Made by a program: the position numbers and the translations under genes
Notes under the pieces: model-generated
What the model was told of the DNA's origin: nothing
Database searches by the model: none
The model's input: the letters and a program-made list of their open reading frames with translations, nothing else
Part shown: in pieces, positions 20,809 to 31,800 of the stretch
How the letters are laid out: every line of letters begins with the position of its first letter
How positions within the stretch are numbered: the stretch's first letter is position 1
Assembly (NCBI GenBank): GCA_965649225.1
Contig: CBFGJX010000015.1
Coordinates: 1 to 64,000 of the forward strand
Direction: 5' to 3'
From: a candidate division WOR-3 bacterium
GTDB taxonomy: Bacteria; Hydrothermota; Tepidihabitantia; Tepidihabitantales; Tepidihabitantaceae
Length of the DNA: 64,000 nt

Positions 20809-23800
20809 GTGGCGTTCGACGTATTCAGATTCTGTCAGGGGATCATAGAAGACTACGCCGCCTATGTCCGCGGCTTTCTGGCTATTCGTGACCAGCGTAT
20901 CGAGGAATGTGTCGAGCAAGCACTGGTAACCGGCAAACTGTGGCCGGAGCCACTGATTCAGATCAATCCGGCTTTTGAGCCGGGCAAAACGGTTGAAGCC
21001 CTCTGCCAGGAGGGGTTACTGCATCCGACCTGCAACCGCATCTTCCGCCGCAACAATAATACTTTCACTCTCTACCGCCATCAGGAAGACGCCATTCGTC
21101 GGATCATCTCTGGCCGTAATGTAGTCCTTTCTTCGGGAACCGGTTCTGGCAAGAGTCTGGCCTATCTCATTCCGATTTTTGATTTCATTCTCAAGAATCC
21201 TGTTCCCAGCCCACGGGTTCGTGCCATCATCGTCTATCCGATGAACGCGCTCGTGAACTCTCAGCAATCGGCAATCGACGACCTGCTCAGAACATTCGGA
21301 ACCGGCAAGCCCGCCATCGTCGTGAAGACCTATACCGGGCAGCAGTCGTCGCAGGAGAAGAGAGATATCCAGGCCAATCCCCCCGATGTCATTCTGACTA
21401 ACTACGTGATGCTGGAGTACATGCTGGCGCGTCCTGAGGAGCGCCACTTCACCGACAAAGCCGCGGCCGACCTCCAGTTCGTTGTGCTCGATGAATTGCA
21501 CACGTACCGGGGCCGGCAAGGTGCCGATGTGGCGTTACTGCTTCGTCGTCTGCGCGAACGAGCTGGTCGTTCCGCACTCAGGTGTATTGGGACTAGCGCG
21601 ACGCTTGCGTCCGGAGGTACCCGGCTGGAGCGTCGAAGGGCAATAGCCGAGTCGGCCTCGAAACTTTTTGGGGTCCCACTCGAACCAGACGACGTTATTG
21701 AAGAAACATTGCAGCGGTCGTGTGCCGCAGCTGTCGATGTCAATCCGGACTCCCTTGCCCGTGCCGTGATTAATCCGCCAGCGCCGGATGCCAAACACGG
21801 CGACCTCGCGGTGCATCCATTGGTCGCCTGGATTGAGGCGGAGCTTGGACTTCGAGAAGAAGACGGCGTCCTCCGTCGGCGTCACCCCGTTACACTGCAA
21901 ACCGCTGCCAAGCGACTGGCCAAGGCCAGTCGGGTCGGCATTGATACCGCGGCCAAGGCACTGAAACGGACTCTTTTGCTCTGCGGTGCCGCGGCCCCGG
22001 GCACGAACGGGCCATTCCTTGCGGTCAAGCTGCATCAGTTCATCGCACAGGGCGACTCAGTTTACGCCACACTCGAAACCCCAGAAAAACGCCTGATAAC
22101 CCCGGATGCTGGCTATCGGGCGCAGGGCAAAGACCGCGGACGGCTGCTTTATCCGATTTGCTTCTGTCGCGAGTGCGGGCAGGAGTACTACTCGGTTGAC
22201 TTCGATGAGGAAAAACACGCTCTGCTCCCGCGCGCGACCGACGCGACCAGACGCCTGCCTACTGACCCGGTGCGTGATGGTTATTTCTTGCTGGACTCCG
22301 ACCCGGCCAACCCGATTTGGAGTGAGGAGCATGAGGACCAACTTCCCGACTACTGGTTCCGAACGACGCGCAACGGCAGGGCTATCCAGTCAGAGCACAA
22401 GGCCAAGCTGCCCAAACGCCTGAACTGTCGAGCTGACGGGGCAGTGCTTTCAGAGTCCAGCCCCGATACAGTGGCGGGCTGGTTCATGCCGAGTCCTTTT
22501 CCCGTCTGTCTGTTCTGCGGCGTCGCCTACACCGGTCGAGACCAAAACGACTTCAAGAAACTCGCCAGCCTGAGCAGCGAAGGCCGCAGCACCGCCACCA
22601 CGATACTGACCATATCAGCCCTGACACGGATGCGGCGGGCCGGAATGGCCGATACTGCCCGCAAGCTGCTGAGCTTCACCGATAACGTCCAGGATGCATC
22701 CCTGCAGGCCGGCCACCTCAACGATTTCGTGCAGGTTGCATTGATACGTTCCGCGGTCTGTCGCGCTCTGGAGTCTGCCCCAAACCACACTCTTGATCAC
22801 GCGAGCATCGTGCCACAGGTTACGGCAGCTTTGAATCTGCCGCAGGAGGAGTATGCCAGGGAAGTCGGCCGGACTGATTCTGCGGAGCGCCACAACCGCG
22901 AGACCCTGGAGCGTCTTGTCGAATACTACGTGCTGACCGATTTGCGCCGGGGATGGCGGGTTATTCAGCCTAACCTCGAACAGTGCGGTCTTCTGAAAAT
23001 CGAATACCGGGGCCTGCGCGAGGCGTGTGAGGAAGATGCGCAGTGGCAGGCGCACCCGCTTCTCGTCAGCTGCCCGGCCGAACAGCGCTACAAGGCCGTA
23101 CGCGGATTCCTCGACCATCTCCGTCGGGAGCTGGCCCTGGACGCCCCCTGTTTGTCTGAAGCCGGACAGAAGGAACTGAAGCGGCGTGTCATTGCTGCTC
23201 TCAAGGAGCCTTGGACTTTCGACGACGACGAGCATCTTCGCTCGGCGACTCGCTTCAGTCTGTCCTACGATGAGCCACGGTCTCATGGCACAAGTCTTGG
23301 TCCGCGCAGCATCATCGGCCGCTACCTGCGCAATCCGGCGACGTGGCCTGGTCTGCACGAGAAACTCCGCGAGGCGGACTATCCATCACTCCTGCGGACG
23401 TTGATTGACATCCTCCGCGGTGCCGGATTGCTCTTTCGGTTTGAAGACCGAAGTCTTGAGTACGTGCAACTCAGGACCGATTCCATCCTCTGGGTCCAAG
23501 GCACAGGTCAGGCACCCGAACCTGACCCGGTGAGGAGTTTGTGGGTCGAAACCCCGCGTTCTTCCGAGGTCGAGCGCGGCGTGAACACGTACTTCCGGGA
23601 CTTTTACCGGCGGCCGGTTGAGGGACTGCGTTCCGTTGTCGGCCGCGAGCACACCGGCCACACGGACAAGCAGGTGCGTGAGCAGCGCGAGAAGGGCTTC
23701 CGTGATGGCCGCCTGCCTTGTATCTACTGCACGCCGACGATGGAGTTGGGGATAGACATTGCCGACCTCAACCTCGTGCATATGCGCAACATCCCACCGA

Positions 23801-25953
23801 CCCCGGCCAATTACGCTCAACGCAGCGGCAGAGCCGGACGAGAGAAACAGCCGGCGCTCGTGCTGGCCTACTGCGCCCGCCGGAGCGGTCACGACCGGTA
23901 TTTTTTTCAAAGGCAGGACCTGATGGTTGCCGGTGAGGTGTCTCCGCCACGACTGGACCTGGGTAATGAAGAACTCGTGCGGGCTCACGTACACGCCACC
24001 TGGCTGGCCAGGACCGGCGTCTCGCTCGGTGAATCGATCCTTGACGTTCTGGATACTGCCTCCGAATCCGCTCGGCATCCGCTCAAACCGAACATCCGCC
24101 ATCAGGTATCCTTATCGCCAGAGCGGTTGGCCGAGTGTGCTGCTGAGCTGCGTGCTGTCCTGTCATCCTGTGAAGACCTCGTACGGGCGGGCTGGTACAC
24201 CGATGCCTGGCTGGAAACAGTACTGACCAACGCCCCCCAGAAACTCGACGAGGCCTTCAACCGCTGGCGTGACCTGTTCGACGCGGCGCAGCGGCAGCTT
24301 GACGAAGCGCGTCGAGTACAGGATGACGCCTATCGCACTCGAGTTGCCAAACAGGATGTCAAGGTCGCGGAGCGCCGCGAGATAGAGGCCAAGCGGCAGC
24401 TGGAGCTGCTATGCAACCAGACACGCCGGTCTGAGGAGTCCGACTTCTACCCGTACCGGTACCTGGCGAGTGAAGGTTTCCTGCCCGGCTACAGTTTCCC
24501 CCGGCTGCCAGTCCGCGCCTATGTTGACTCGGGTGCGGATCGACAGGCCTACCTGAACCGGGCCAGGTTGCTGGCGATTCGCGAGTATGGGCCGCAGAAT
24601 GTCATTTATCACGAGGGACGCAAGTTTCAGGTTACGCGCAGCCTGTTGCCGCCCCGCGAAACACCCGACCGATTCGTCCAGGCCAAGCTGTGCCAGGAGT
24701 GCGGTTACTGTCTGAGCGGCGACAACAGCCACAATGACCGGTGTCCTAACTGCGACACGCTGCTCGACGGGTGCACATCGGAATATGTCCAGGATCTGTT
24801 TGAGATGTCGTCAGTCGCCACCTGGCGGCGGGAGCGTATCAACTGCGACGAAGAAGACCGGTTCAGACAGGGCTACAATTTGACTCTCCACTACCGGTTC
24901 GCTCCCGCCGGTGCCGACCTGCGCCGTTCCCGGGCCGTGGTTCACGACCGCAACGATGCACCGCTGCTGCGTCTTACCTATTCAAATGCCGCAGAACTCT
25001 GGTGTATCAATCACGGCTGGCGCAATGCCTCCGAGCCCGGATTCACCATGAACACCATCACCGGTGAGTGGCAGCGCCATCCGGACGAAAAAGACGACGC
25101 CAAGGCCCAGCCGCTGGCCGATGCTGCCCAGATGCGTTCTGGAGTCCGGGTTTTTGTCCGCGACCACCGCAACCTGTTGATTGCCGTACCGGCGCCTCGG
25201 CTCGCGCTGGATGAGCAGCAGATGGTATCGCTGCAGTACGCCCTCAGCCGCGGCATCGAGGCCGAATTCGAGGTCGAAGAACGCGAGCTGGGGACCTGTC
25301 TGATTGGTAAAAATCAGCAGCGTGGGATAATGCTCTATGAAGCGGTTGAGGGTGGCGCCGGCGTACTTGAGCGGCTCGTCGCTGAAACCGATGCGCTGCA
25401 ACGTGTCGCCCGGAAGGCCCTCGATGTCTGCCACTTCGACCCTGCGTCCGGAGAAGACCAGAAGGCCAGCGACTGCCCGGCCGCCTGCTACGACTGCCTG
25501 CTGTCTTACACCAACCAACCCAGTCATCCTTTGCTCGACCGGTACATCATTCGGGACTTGCTCCTGGAGCTGGCCGATTCCGCGACCAGGCAGCAGTATC
25601 GTCATCGTCCGTACGAAGAACACTATCAGTGGTTGCGCAGGCTTACTGACACCCGTTCCGAACTGGAACGCAGGTTCCTTGACCACCTTTACCGGAACAG
25701 GCTCACTCTGCCCGACGATGCGCAGGTTAATCTGGCCGACTACTTCGCCCGACCCGACTTCTACTACGAGAAGCCGAAAGCGGTGGTCTTCTGCGACGGT
25801 ACGGTTCACGACCAGCCGGACCAGCGGGCGCTCGATGACAGGATTCGCGCAGACCTCAACCGTTTGGGCTATCGGGTTGTCGTCATCCGCTACGATGCCG
25901 ACATGGCCGAGCAGGTGGCAAAGTACCCGGACATATTCGGCACCGGCCGCTAG
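20809..25953 (+). CDS. Large SF2 DEAD/DEAH-box helicase with DUF1998 (MrfA/DrmB-like) Zn domain and C-terminal DUF559/Vsr-like nuclease domain
   Basis: SGTGSGKS, YPMNAL, DELH, SAT, CTPTMELGID and QRSGRAGR motifs, several CxxC pairs, CPAACYDCL, terminal RPDF...VFCDGTVHD...GYRVVVIRY. Confidence 0.88.
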   Translation: MAFDVFRFCQGIIEDYAAYVRGFLAIRDQRIEECVEQALVTGKLWPEPLIQINPAFEPGKTVEALCQEGLLHPTCNRIFRRNNNTFTLYRHQEDAIRRIISGRNVVLSSGTGSGKSLAYLIPIFDFILKNPVPSPRVRAIIVYPMNALVNSQQSAIDDLLRTFGTGKPAIVVKTYTGQQSSQEKRDIQANPPDVILTNYVMLEYMLARPEERHFTDKAAADLQFVVLDELHTYRGRQGADVALLLRRLRERAGRSALRCIGTSATLASGGTRLERRRAIAESASKLFGVPLEPDDVIEETLQRSCAAAVDVNPDSLARAVINPPAPDAKHGDLAVHPLVAWIEAELGLREEDGVLRRRHPVTLQTAAKRLAKASRVGIDTAAKALKRTLLLCGAAAPGTNGPFLAVKLHQFIAQGDSVYATLETPEKRLITPDAGYRAQGKDRGRLLYPICFCRECGQEYYSVDFDEEKHALLPRATDATRRLPTDPVRDGYFLLDSDPANPIWSEEHEDQLPDYWFRTTRNGRAIQSEHKAKLPKRLNCRADGAVLSESSPDTVAGWFMPSPFPVCLFCGVAYTGRDQNDFKKLASLSSEGRSTATTILTISALTRMRRAGMADTARKLLSFTDNVQDASLQAGHLNDFVQVALIRSAVCRALESAPNHTLDHASIVPQVTAALNLPQEEYAREVGRTDSAERHNRETLERLVEYYVLTDLRRGWRVIQPNLEQCGLLKIEYRGLREACEEDAQWQAHPLLVSCPAEQRYKAVRGFLDHLRRELALDAPCLSEAGQKELKRRVIAALKEPWTFDDDEHLRSATRFSLSYDEPRSHGTSLGPRSIIGRYLRNPATWPGLHEKLREADYPSLLRTLIDILRGAGLLFRFEDRSLEYVQLRTDSILWVQGTGQAPEPDPVRSLWVETPRSSEVERGVNTYFRDFYRRPVEGLRSVVGREHTGHTDKQVREQREKGFRDGRLPCIYCTPTMELGIDIADLNLVHMRNIPPTPANYAQRSGRAGREKQPALVLAYCARRSGHDRYFFQRQDLMVAGEVSPPRLDLGNEELVRAHVHATWLARTGVSLGESILDVLDTASESARHPLKPNIRHQVSLSPERLAECAAELRAVLSSCEDLVRAGWYTDAWLETVLTNAPQKLDEAFNRWRDLFDAAQRQLDEARRVQDDAYRTRVAKQDVKVAERREIEAKRQLELLCNQTRRSEESDFYPYRYLASEGFLPGYSFPRLPVRAYVDSGADRQAYLNRARLLAIREYGPQNVIYHEGRKFQVTRSLLPPRETPDRFVQAKLCQECGYCLSGDNSHNDRCPNCDTLLDGCTSEYVQDLFEMSSVATWRRERINCDEEDRFRQGYNLTLHYRFAPAGADLRRSRAVVHDRNDAPLLRLTYSNAAELWCINHGWRNASEPGFTMNTITGEWQRHPDEKDDAKAQPLADAAQMRSGVRVFVRDHRNLLIAVPAPRLALDEQQMVSLQYALSRGIEAEFEVEERELGTCLIGKNQQRGIMLYEAVEGGAGVLERLVAETDALQRVARKALDVCHFDPASGEDQKASDCPAACYDCLLSYTNQPSHPLLDRYIIRDLLLELADSATRQQYRHRPYEEHYQWLRRLTDTRSELERRFLDHLYRNRLTLPDDAQVNLADYFARPDFYYEKPKAVVFCDGTVHDQPDQRALDDRIRADLNRLGYRVVVIRYDADMAEQVAKYPDIFGTGR

Positions 25954-25962
25954 CGGACGATT

Positions 25963-28800
25963 ATGCCCGGCCAGTATCGAATTGGTTCTCTGGTCAGGTG
26001 CCGGGGCCGGGAGTGGATTGTTCAACCCTCGGACCATCCCGACGTTCTTTGCCTGCGCAGTCTCGGCAGCGATCTGGAAACCATCGGTATCTACCTTCCT
26101 CTTGGCCTTGACCGGATAGAGCCAGCATCGTTCCCGCCGCCCGACCCGAACACTGCGCTCGACAATACCGCGGCGCAACTGCTGCGCAACGCAGCACGCC
26201 TCAGTTTCCGTGCCGGCGCCGGCCCGTTCCGGTCGCTCGGTCGGATTTCCGTCCGACCGCGACCCTATCAGTTTGTGCCGTTGCTGCTTGGGCTTCGCCT
26301 TGAAACCGTGCGACTGCTCATCGCCGATGATGTTGGTGTCGGCAAGACGATCGAAGCGGCACTGCTGGTCAGAGAACTGCTTGACCGCGGCGTGGTCAGA
26401 CGGCTGGCCGTGCTTTGTCCGCCGCATCTCTGCGAACAATGGCAGAACGAACTGGCCGAGAAGTTCCAACTGTCGGCCGTTGTCATTCGTTCCGGCACGA
26501 TAGGCCAACTCGAGCGTCAGCTGCCTCATGGCGATGTCAGCGTCTTCGAGCACTACCCCTGCTTCATTGCCAGTATTGACTTCGTCAAAGGCGAGCGCTG
26601 GCGCGATGCATTCGTGCGCTTTTGCCCGGACCTGGTCGTTGTTGACGAAGCGCATAGCTGCGCCAGCCCCGGTGGTCGCAATGCCGAGCAGCAGCAGCGC
26701 TACAACCTGCTTTCCCGTCTTGCGGAAAAGCCTGACCGTCATATCATCATGCTCACGGCCACCCCGCACTCCGGCATAGACGAATCGTTCCAGTCGCTTT
26801 TGGGAATCCTGCGGCCGGAGTTTGCCCAAATGGATGTGAAGCTGGACCGCGAGCACGACCGTGCCCAGCTTGCCCGCCACTTTGTCCAGAGAAGCAGGGC
26901 CGACATCCGCCGCTGGCTGAACAGCGAGACACCTTTTCCGGAACGTGAGCCGGCAGACGAGCCCTACACGCTTTCAGCCCCGTACCGGGCGCTCTTCGAC
27001 CGGGTGTATGCCTTCGCGCGCGAAATCGTCCAGAGCGCGGAATCGCTCAAAGGCTTCCGTCAGCGAGTTCGCTACTGGACCGCACTGGCCCTGCTGCGTT
27101 GCGTGATGTCCAGCCCTGCCGCCGCTGTTGGCACTTTGCGGGAACGAGCCAGGCGGGTAGCGGGTGACGAAGGGGAGGCCGCCGTCGAGGACTTGCTCGA
27201 TCTGGTCTTTGACCCGACCAGCCGGGAGTCCGAAGAGGACAGCGCACCGGCAGCGGTATTGGCCGAGGGCGAGGAGACGTTGAACGACTCGGAAGTCAGG
27301 CGCCTGCGTGATTTTGCCCGGGCTGCCGCTGCCCTTGCCGAGTCGGACGACGAGAAGCTGAAGAAATTGACGACCGTGCTCGAGTCCCTGCTTGCCGAAG
27401 GTTACCACCCGATTGTCTATTGTCGGTTCATTCAGACCAGCAAGTATGTCGCTGCCCGGCTGCAAAAGAACAGCGGACGGGTCTGGAAGGACTGCCGCAT
27501 CATTTCGGTCACGGGCGAGCAAACAGAAGACGAACGGCGTCAGGCTGTCGAAGAGCTGGCAAGATTTCCCTGTCGGATACTTGTTGCGACCGATTGCCTG
27601 AGCGAGGGTATCAACCTTCAGGAGCACTTCGATGCAGTCATCCACTACGACCTGCCCTGGAATCCGAACCGCCTCGACCAGCGCGAGGGCAGGGTTGACC
27701 GGTTCGGCCAGCAGCGGCCTAAGGTTAAGACGGTGCTGCTCTATGGCAGGGACAACCCGATTGACCTCGCCGTCCTTGATGTGCTGGTGCGCAAGGCCCG
27801 AAAGATTCACGCTCGGCTGGGTATCTCGGTGCCGGTACCGGTGAACAGCGTGAAAGTGATGGAGGCGCTGGCCGAATACCTGTTCCAGAAGAAAAGCTAC
27901 CTGCGTCAACCCGGGCTCTTTGATGACTTGCCTGACGTCAAACAGCTGGACGTGGAATGGAACCGCATCGCCGACCGCGAAAAAGAAAGCCGAACGCGGT
28001 TCGCCCAGCGCAGCATCCATCCGGATGAGGTGGCGAGGGAAATCGAAGAATCCAACCAGGTTCTGGGCGACGAGTCGGCAGTCGAGGAGTTTGTCCGGGC
28101 AGCTTTGGAGCGAGTCGGGGCTCCGATGTCGCAGCTCAACGGTGTCTGGCGATTCCACGCCAGGCCGCTGGAGAGCCGGCATCCGGTGCTCTACGCCAAG
28201 CTCAAGGAATACGATGGCCAGAGTTTTACATTCTCCCTGCCGGTTCCCGAGGGCGCCGGCTATCTCGGCCGCAATCACCCGATTACCGCTTCGCTTGCCG
28301 ACTACCTGCTCGACCTTGCTCTTGATCCTGATGGCAAAGAACCACCGGCATCGCGGTGCGGTGCCATCCGCACCGCCGCTGTGGCGAGTCGCACGGTACT
28401 GCTCCTGCTGCGGTTGCGCTATCAGCTCAGCGAGGCCGACGCGCCGGAGTTCCTTGCCGAGGAACTGCTCGTAAGCGGGTTCGTCCCCAACGGGCCAACG
28501 TTCAATCTGCTCGATTCCAATGAGGCGTTGCGTCTGCTGGGCGTTGCTCCGACCGGCAACATCTCGACCGACGAGCGCCGCCGGTCAGTCCAGGAAGCCA
28601 TCGCACTTCTGTCGTCGTTGGAAGAGCAGTTGGAGCAGCTCGCCTTTGACCGGGCGCAAAGACTGCGGGATGCTCACCGCCGGGTCAGGCGAATTACCCG
28701 CGAGGGCAGGCTCGAAGTCAAACCCCACCTGCCCGTAGATGTTCTTGGAGTGTATGTCCTCGTGCCGGAACCGAAAGGCAGGAGGACAGAAACCCGGTAG
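25963..28800 (+). CDS. SNF2-family helicase/ATPase (DrmD-like)
   Basis: PRPYQ, LLIADDVGVGKT, DEAH, LTATPH, SEGINLQ and WNPNRLDQREGRVDR motifs. Confidence 0.9.
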   Translation: MPGQYRIGSLVRCRGREWIVQPSDHPDVLCLRSLGSDLETIGIYLPLGLDRIEPASFPPPDPNTALDNTAAQLLRNAARLSFRAGAGPFRSLGRISVRPRPYQFVPLLLGLRLETVRLLIADDVGVGKTIEAALLVRELLDRGVVRRLAVLCPPHLCEQWQNELAEKFQLSAVVIRSGTIGQLERQLPHGDVSVFEHYPCFIASIDFVKGERWRDAFVRFCPDLVVVDEAHSCASPGGRNAEQQQRYNLLSRLAEKPDRHIIMLTATPHSGIDESFQSLLGILRPEFAQMDVKLDREHDRAQLARHFVQRSRADIRRWLNSETPFPEREPADEPYTLSAPYRALFDRVYAFAREIVQSAESLKGFRQRVRYWTALALLRCVMSSPAAAVGTLRERARRVAGDEGEAAVEDLLDLVFDPTSRESEEDSAPAAVLAEGEETLNDSEVRRLRDFARAAAALAESDDEKLKKLTTVLESLLAEGYHPIVYCRFIQTSKYVAARLQKNSGRVWKDCRIISVTGEQTEDERRQAVEELARFPCRILVATDCLSEGINLQEHFDAVIHYDLPWNPNRLDQREGRVDRFGQQRPKVKTVLLYGRDNPIDLAVLDVLVRKARKIHARLGISVPVPVNSVKVMEALAEYLFQKKSYLRQPGLFDDLPDVKQLDVEWNRIADREKESRTRFAQRSIHPDEVAREIEESNQVLGDESAVEEFVRAALERVGAPMSQLNGVWRFHARPLESRHPVLYAKLKEYDGQSFTFSLPVPEGAGYLGRNHPITASLADYLLDLALDPDGKEPPASRCGAIRTAAVASRTVLLLLRLRYQLSEADAPEFLAEELLVSGFVPNGPTFNLLDSNEALRLLGVAPTGNISTDERRRSVQEAIALLSSLEEQLEQLAFDRAQRLRDAHRRVRRITREGRLEVKPHLPVDVLGVYVLVPEPKGRRTETR

Positions 28801-28806
28801 AGCGCT

Positions 28807-31800
28807 GTGCTGTTTTCAAGCGTCAGGGTTGAGGGCGGGCTGATACCCGGCGACATCCTCGACGAGGTTGCGAAGGGCGAAGCGGCTGGTCAACGGCCAC
28901 AGGACTTTGGTCTCTCGCGGAACGCCCGCCTGACCGACGAGATATCAAACGCCTGGCAGGATGCGCTGTCATATTGGAAAGCCTTGCAGCGTGCGTTGAA
29001 CCGGCTTGGTCCGCAAGACCCGGCCACGACCCAGACGCGCGAGCAGTGGGTGCTGCCGCTGCTCCGCAGTCTTGGTTATGACAAGGTTCCCTTTTCGGCC
29101 AGGGCGGCCGAGGCCGGTGGGCAGTCGTTTGCTCTGTCTCATCGTGCTGGAGAACACGAAGACAGCCCGCCGATTCACATCGTCGGCTTCCGCGCTGACC
29201 TGAATGCGAAACCATCTTCGGGTCGGCCGCGCCTGAGTCCCCACGCGTTGGTTCAGGAGTATCTGAACCGCACCGAGCATCTCTGGGGCATTGTCACCAA
29301 CGGCAGACTGCTCCGCCTGCTCCGTGATTCGTCACGGATGAGCCGTCCGTCTCATGTCGAGTTCGACCTCGAACAGATAATGACGGCGGAGAAGTTTGCC
29401 GACTTCTGTCTGCTTTACCGGCTGGTGCATCGAACCCGTCTGCCCACCACCACTGCCGACGCGCCGCGGTGTTTGCTTGAACATTACCATCAGCAGGGTA
29501 TCGAGCAGGGCAGCCGCATTCGGGAGAAACTGCGCGAAGGTGTCGAGGCGGTGCTCAGGCTCATCGGCCAGGGTCTGCTTGAACATCCCGCCAATGCCAG
29601 GCTGGTTGACGAACTCCGGACCGGCCGGCTCACTCCTGCCGATTACTACTGCCAGTTACTGCGACTGGTTTACCGTCTGCTTTTTTTGATGGTTGCAGAG
29701 GAGCGCGGTCTGATTGCAGCCGGCGATTCCGATATCTATCAGCGCTACTACAGCATCACGCGACTACGGGACATCTGTGCCAGACCCTACACGGTCAGCT
29801 GGCGCCACGACGACCTTTGGCAGGGTCTGCTTACGACATTCGCGCTCTTTGCCGACGAAGGTACCGGCGCGAAGCTCGGGCTTTCGCCGCTCAACGGCGG
29901 CCTCTTTGGACCCGATGCGATGCCGGCGCTGGAGGATTCGCGTCTCGTCAACGGCGTGCTGCTCAAGGCTCTACGCAATCTGTCGCTGTTTCAGGACCAG
30001 AACGTCACCCGGCGGGTCAACTACGCCGCGCTCGATGTGGAGGAACTCGGCAGCGTCTATGAAAGCCTGCTCGACTACCACCCGATTGTGCGTGACGATG
30101 ACGGGCGTCTCAAGTTCGAGCTTGCCTTCGGCACCGAGCGCAAGGCCACCGGCTCCTACTACACTCGGCCCGAGCTGGTTGCCGAACTCATCAAGAGCGC
30201 CCTTGAACCGGTCATCGAGGCCAAGCTTGCCTCGGCGAAAAGCCCCGAAGACAAGGCCAGGGCCCTGCTCGGCATCAAGGTCTGCGACCCCGCCTGCGGC
30301 TCCGGCCACTTTCTGCTTGCCGCGGCCCGCCGGATTGGCCGTGAACTGGCCAAGTTGCGCTCGGGTGAAGACGAACCGACACCCGAGCAGTTCCGCCTGG
30401 CCGTGCGGGAGGTCATACAGCACTGCATATACGGTGTGGACTTGAACCCGCTGGCCGTTGACCTCTGCAAGCTGGCGCTCTGGCTCGAGGGGCACTCCAC
30501 CGGCAAGCCGCTGAGTTTCCTTGACCATCGGATAAGGTGCGGCAACTCGCTTGTCGGCGTCTTCTCGCTCGACGTGTTCAAGGAGGGAATACCGGACGAC
30601 GCCTACAAGCCGGTGATCGGTGATGACAAAACAGTCGCATCGGCAATCCGCAAACAGAACCGGCAGGAGCGTGCGGCCGGGCGATTGCTCAGCCTGGACT
30701 TCGGACAGCGCGTTGACCCGAGCGCCGACCTGCCGCTGTTTGCCGAGGCCGCCAGCCGGCTTGATGCCATCGCCGACGACACGCCGGCCGACGTGAAGCG
30801 CAAGGCCGGGGCCTATGAGCGAGCCCGGCAGAACGATAGCTGGTGGCGCGACAAGACCGCCTGCGACATCTGGACCGCGGCGTTCTTTTCGCCTCTAGCC
30901 CGCGCCGACGACCCGGCAATTCCGACCTCAGACCGGCTTTGGAGATACATTGAGCGGCCCAAAACCGCCCACGGGCTGTTACTCGGCAGGGCCGGAGAGC
31001 TGTCGGTCCGCAACCGTTTCTTCCACTGGCCCCTTGAGTTCCCCGATGTCTTCGCTCAGGGCGGCTTCGACTGCGTCCTCGGCAATCCGCCGTGGGAACG
31101 CATCAAGCTGCAAGAGCAGGAGTTCTTCGCCACCAGGGATACGGCCATAGCCCGGGCACCGAACAAAGCCGCCCGCCAGCGTCTGATAGATGACCTGCGA
31201 CGGACCAACTCGGCTCTTGCTGACGAGTTTGAGCGTGCCAAGCACGAACACGAAGCCCAAAGCAAGTTCGTCCGGGCCGGCGGCCGCTTCCCGCTTACGG
31301 CGGTTGGCGACGTAAACACCTACGCCCTGTTTGCCGAACTGGTCCGCGTCCTGCTTGGCCCGACCGGCCGCGCCGGCATTATCGTCCCCACCGGCATTGC
31401 CACCGATGCATCCACGAGCCGCTTCTTTGGCGACCTGAACGCCGGCAGGGCATTGGTCAGTCTCTATGACTTCGAGAATCGGAAGGCAATCTTCCCCGCT
31501 GTGGACTCGCGTCAGAAGTTCTGTCTTCTCAGCATCAGCCGCGAAAAGACTGCGTCGGCCGACTTCGCCTTCTTCCTGCTCGGCACCGAGGACATGCTCG
31601 ACCGGCGCCGGCGCTACACCCTGTCACCCGACGACCTTGCCCTTTTCAATCCCAACACCCGCACCTGCCCCACCTTCCGCACCCGGGTTGACGCCGAACT
31701 CACCCGTGCCATCTACCAGCGCGTGCCGGTGCTGGTCAACGAACAGACCGGCGAGAATCCGTGGGGTGTGAAGTTCATGGCCATGTTCCATATGTCCAAC

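Noticed and set aside
24982..26880. 632-aa minus-strand ORF in the defence locus
   Set aside because: Antisense to the motif-rich helicase and SNF2 genes; a shadow ORF.
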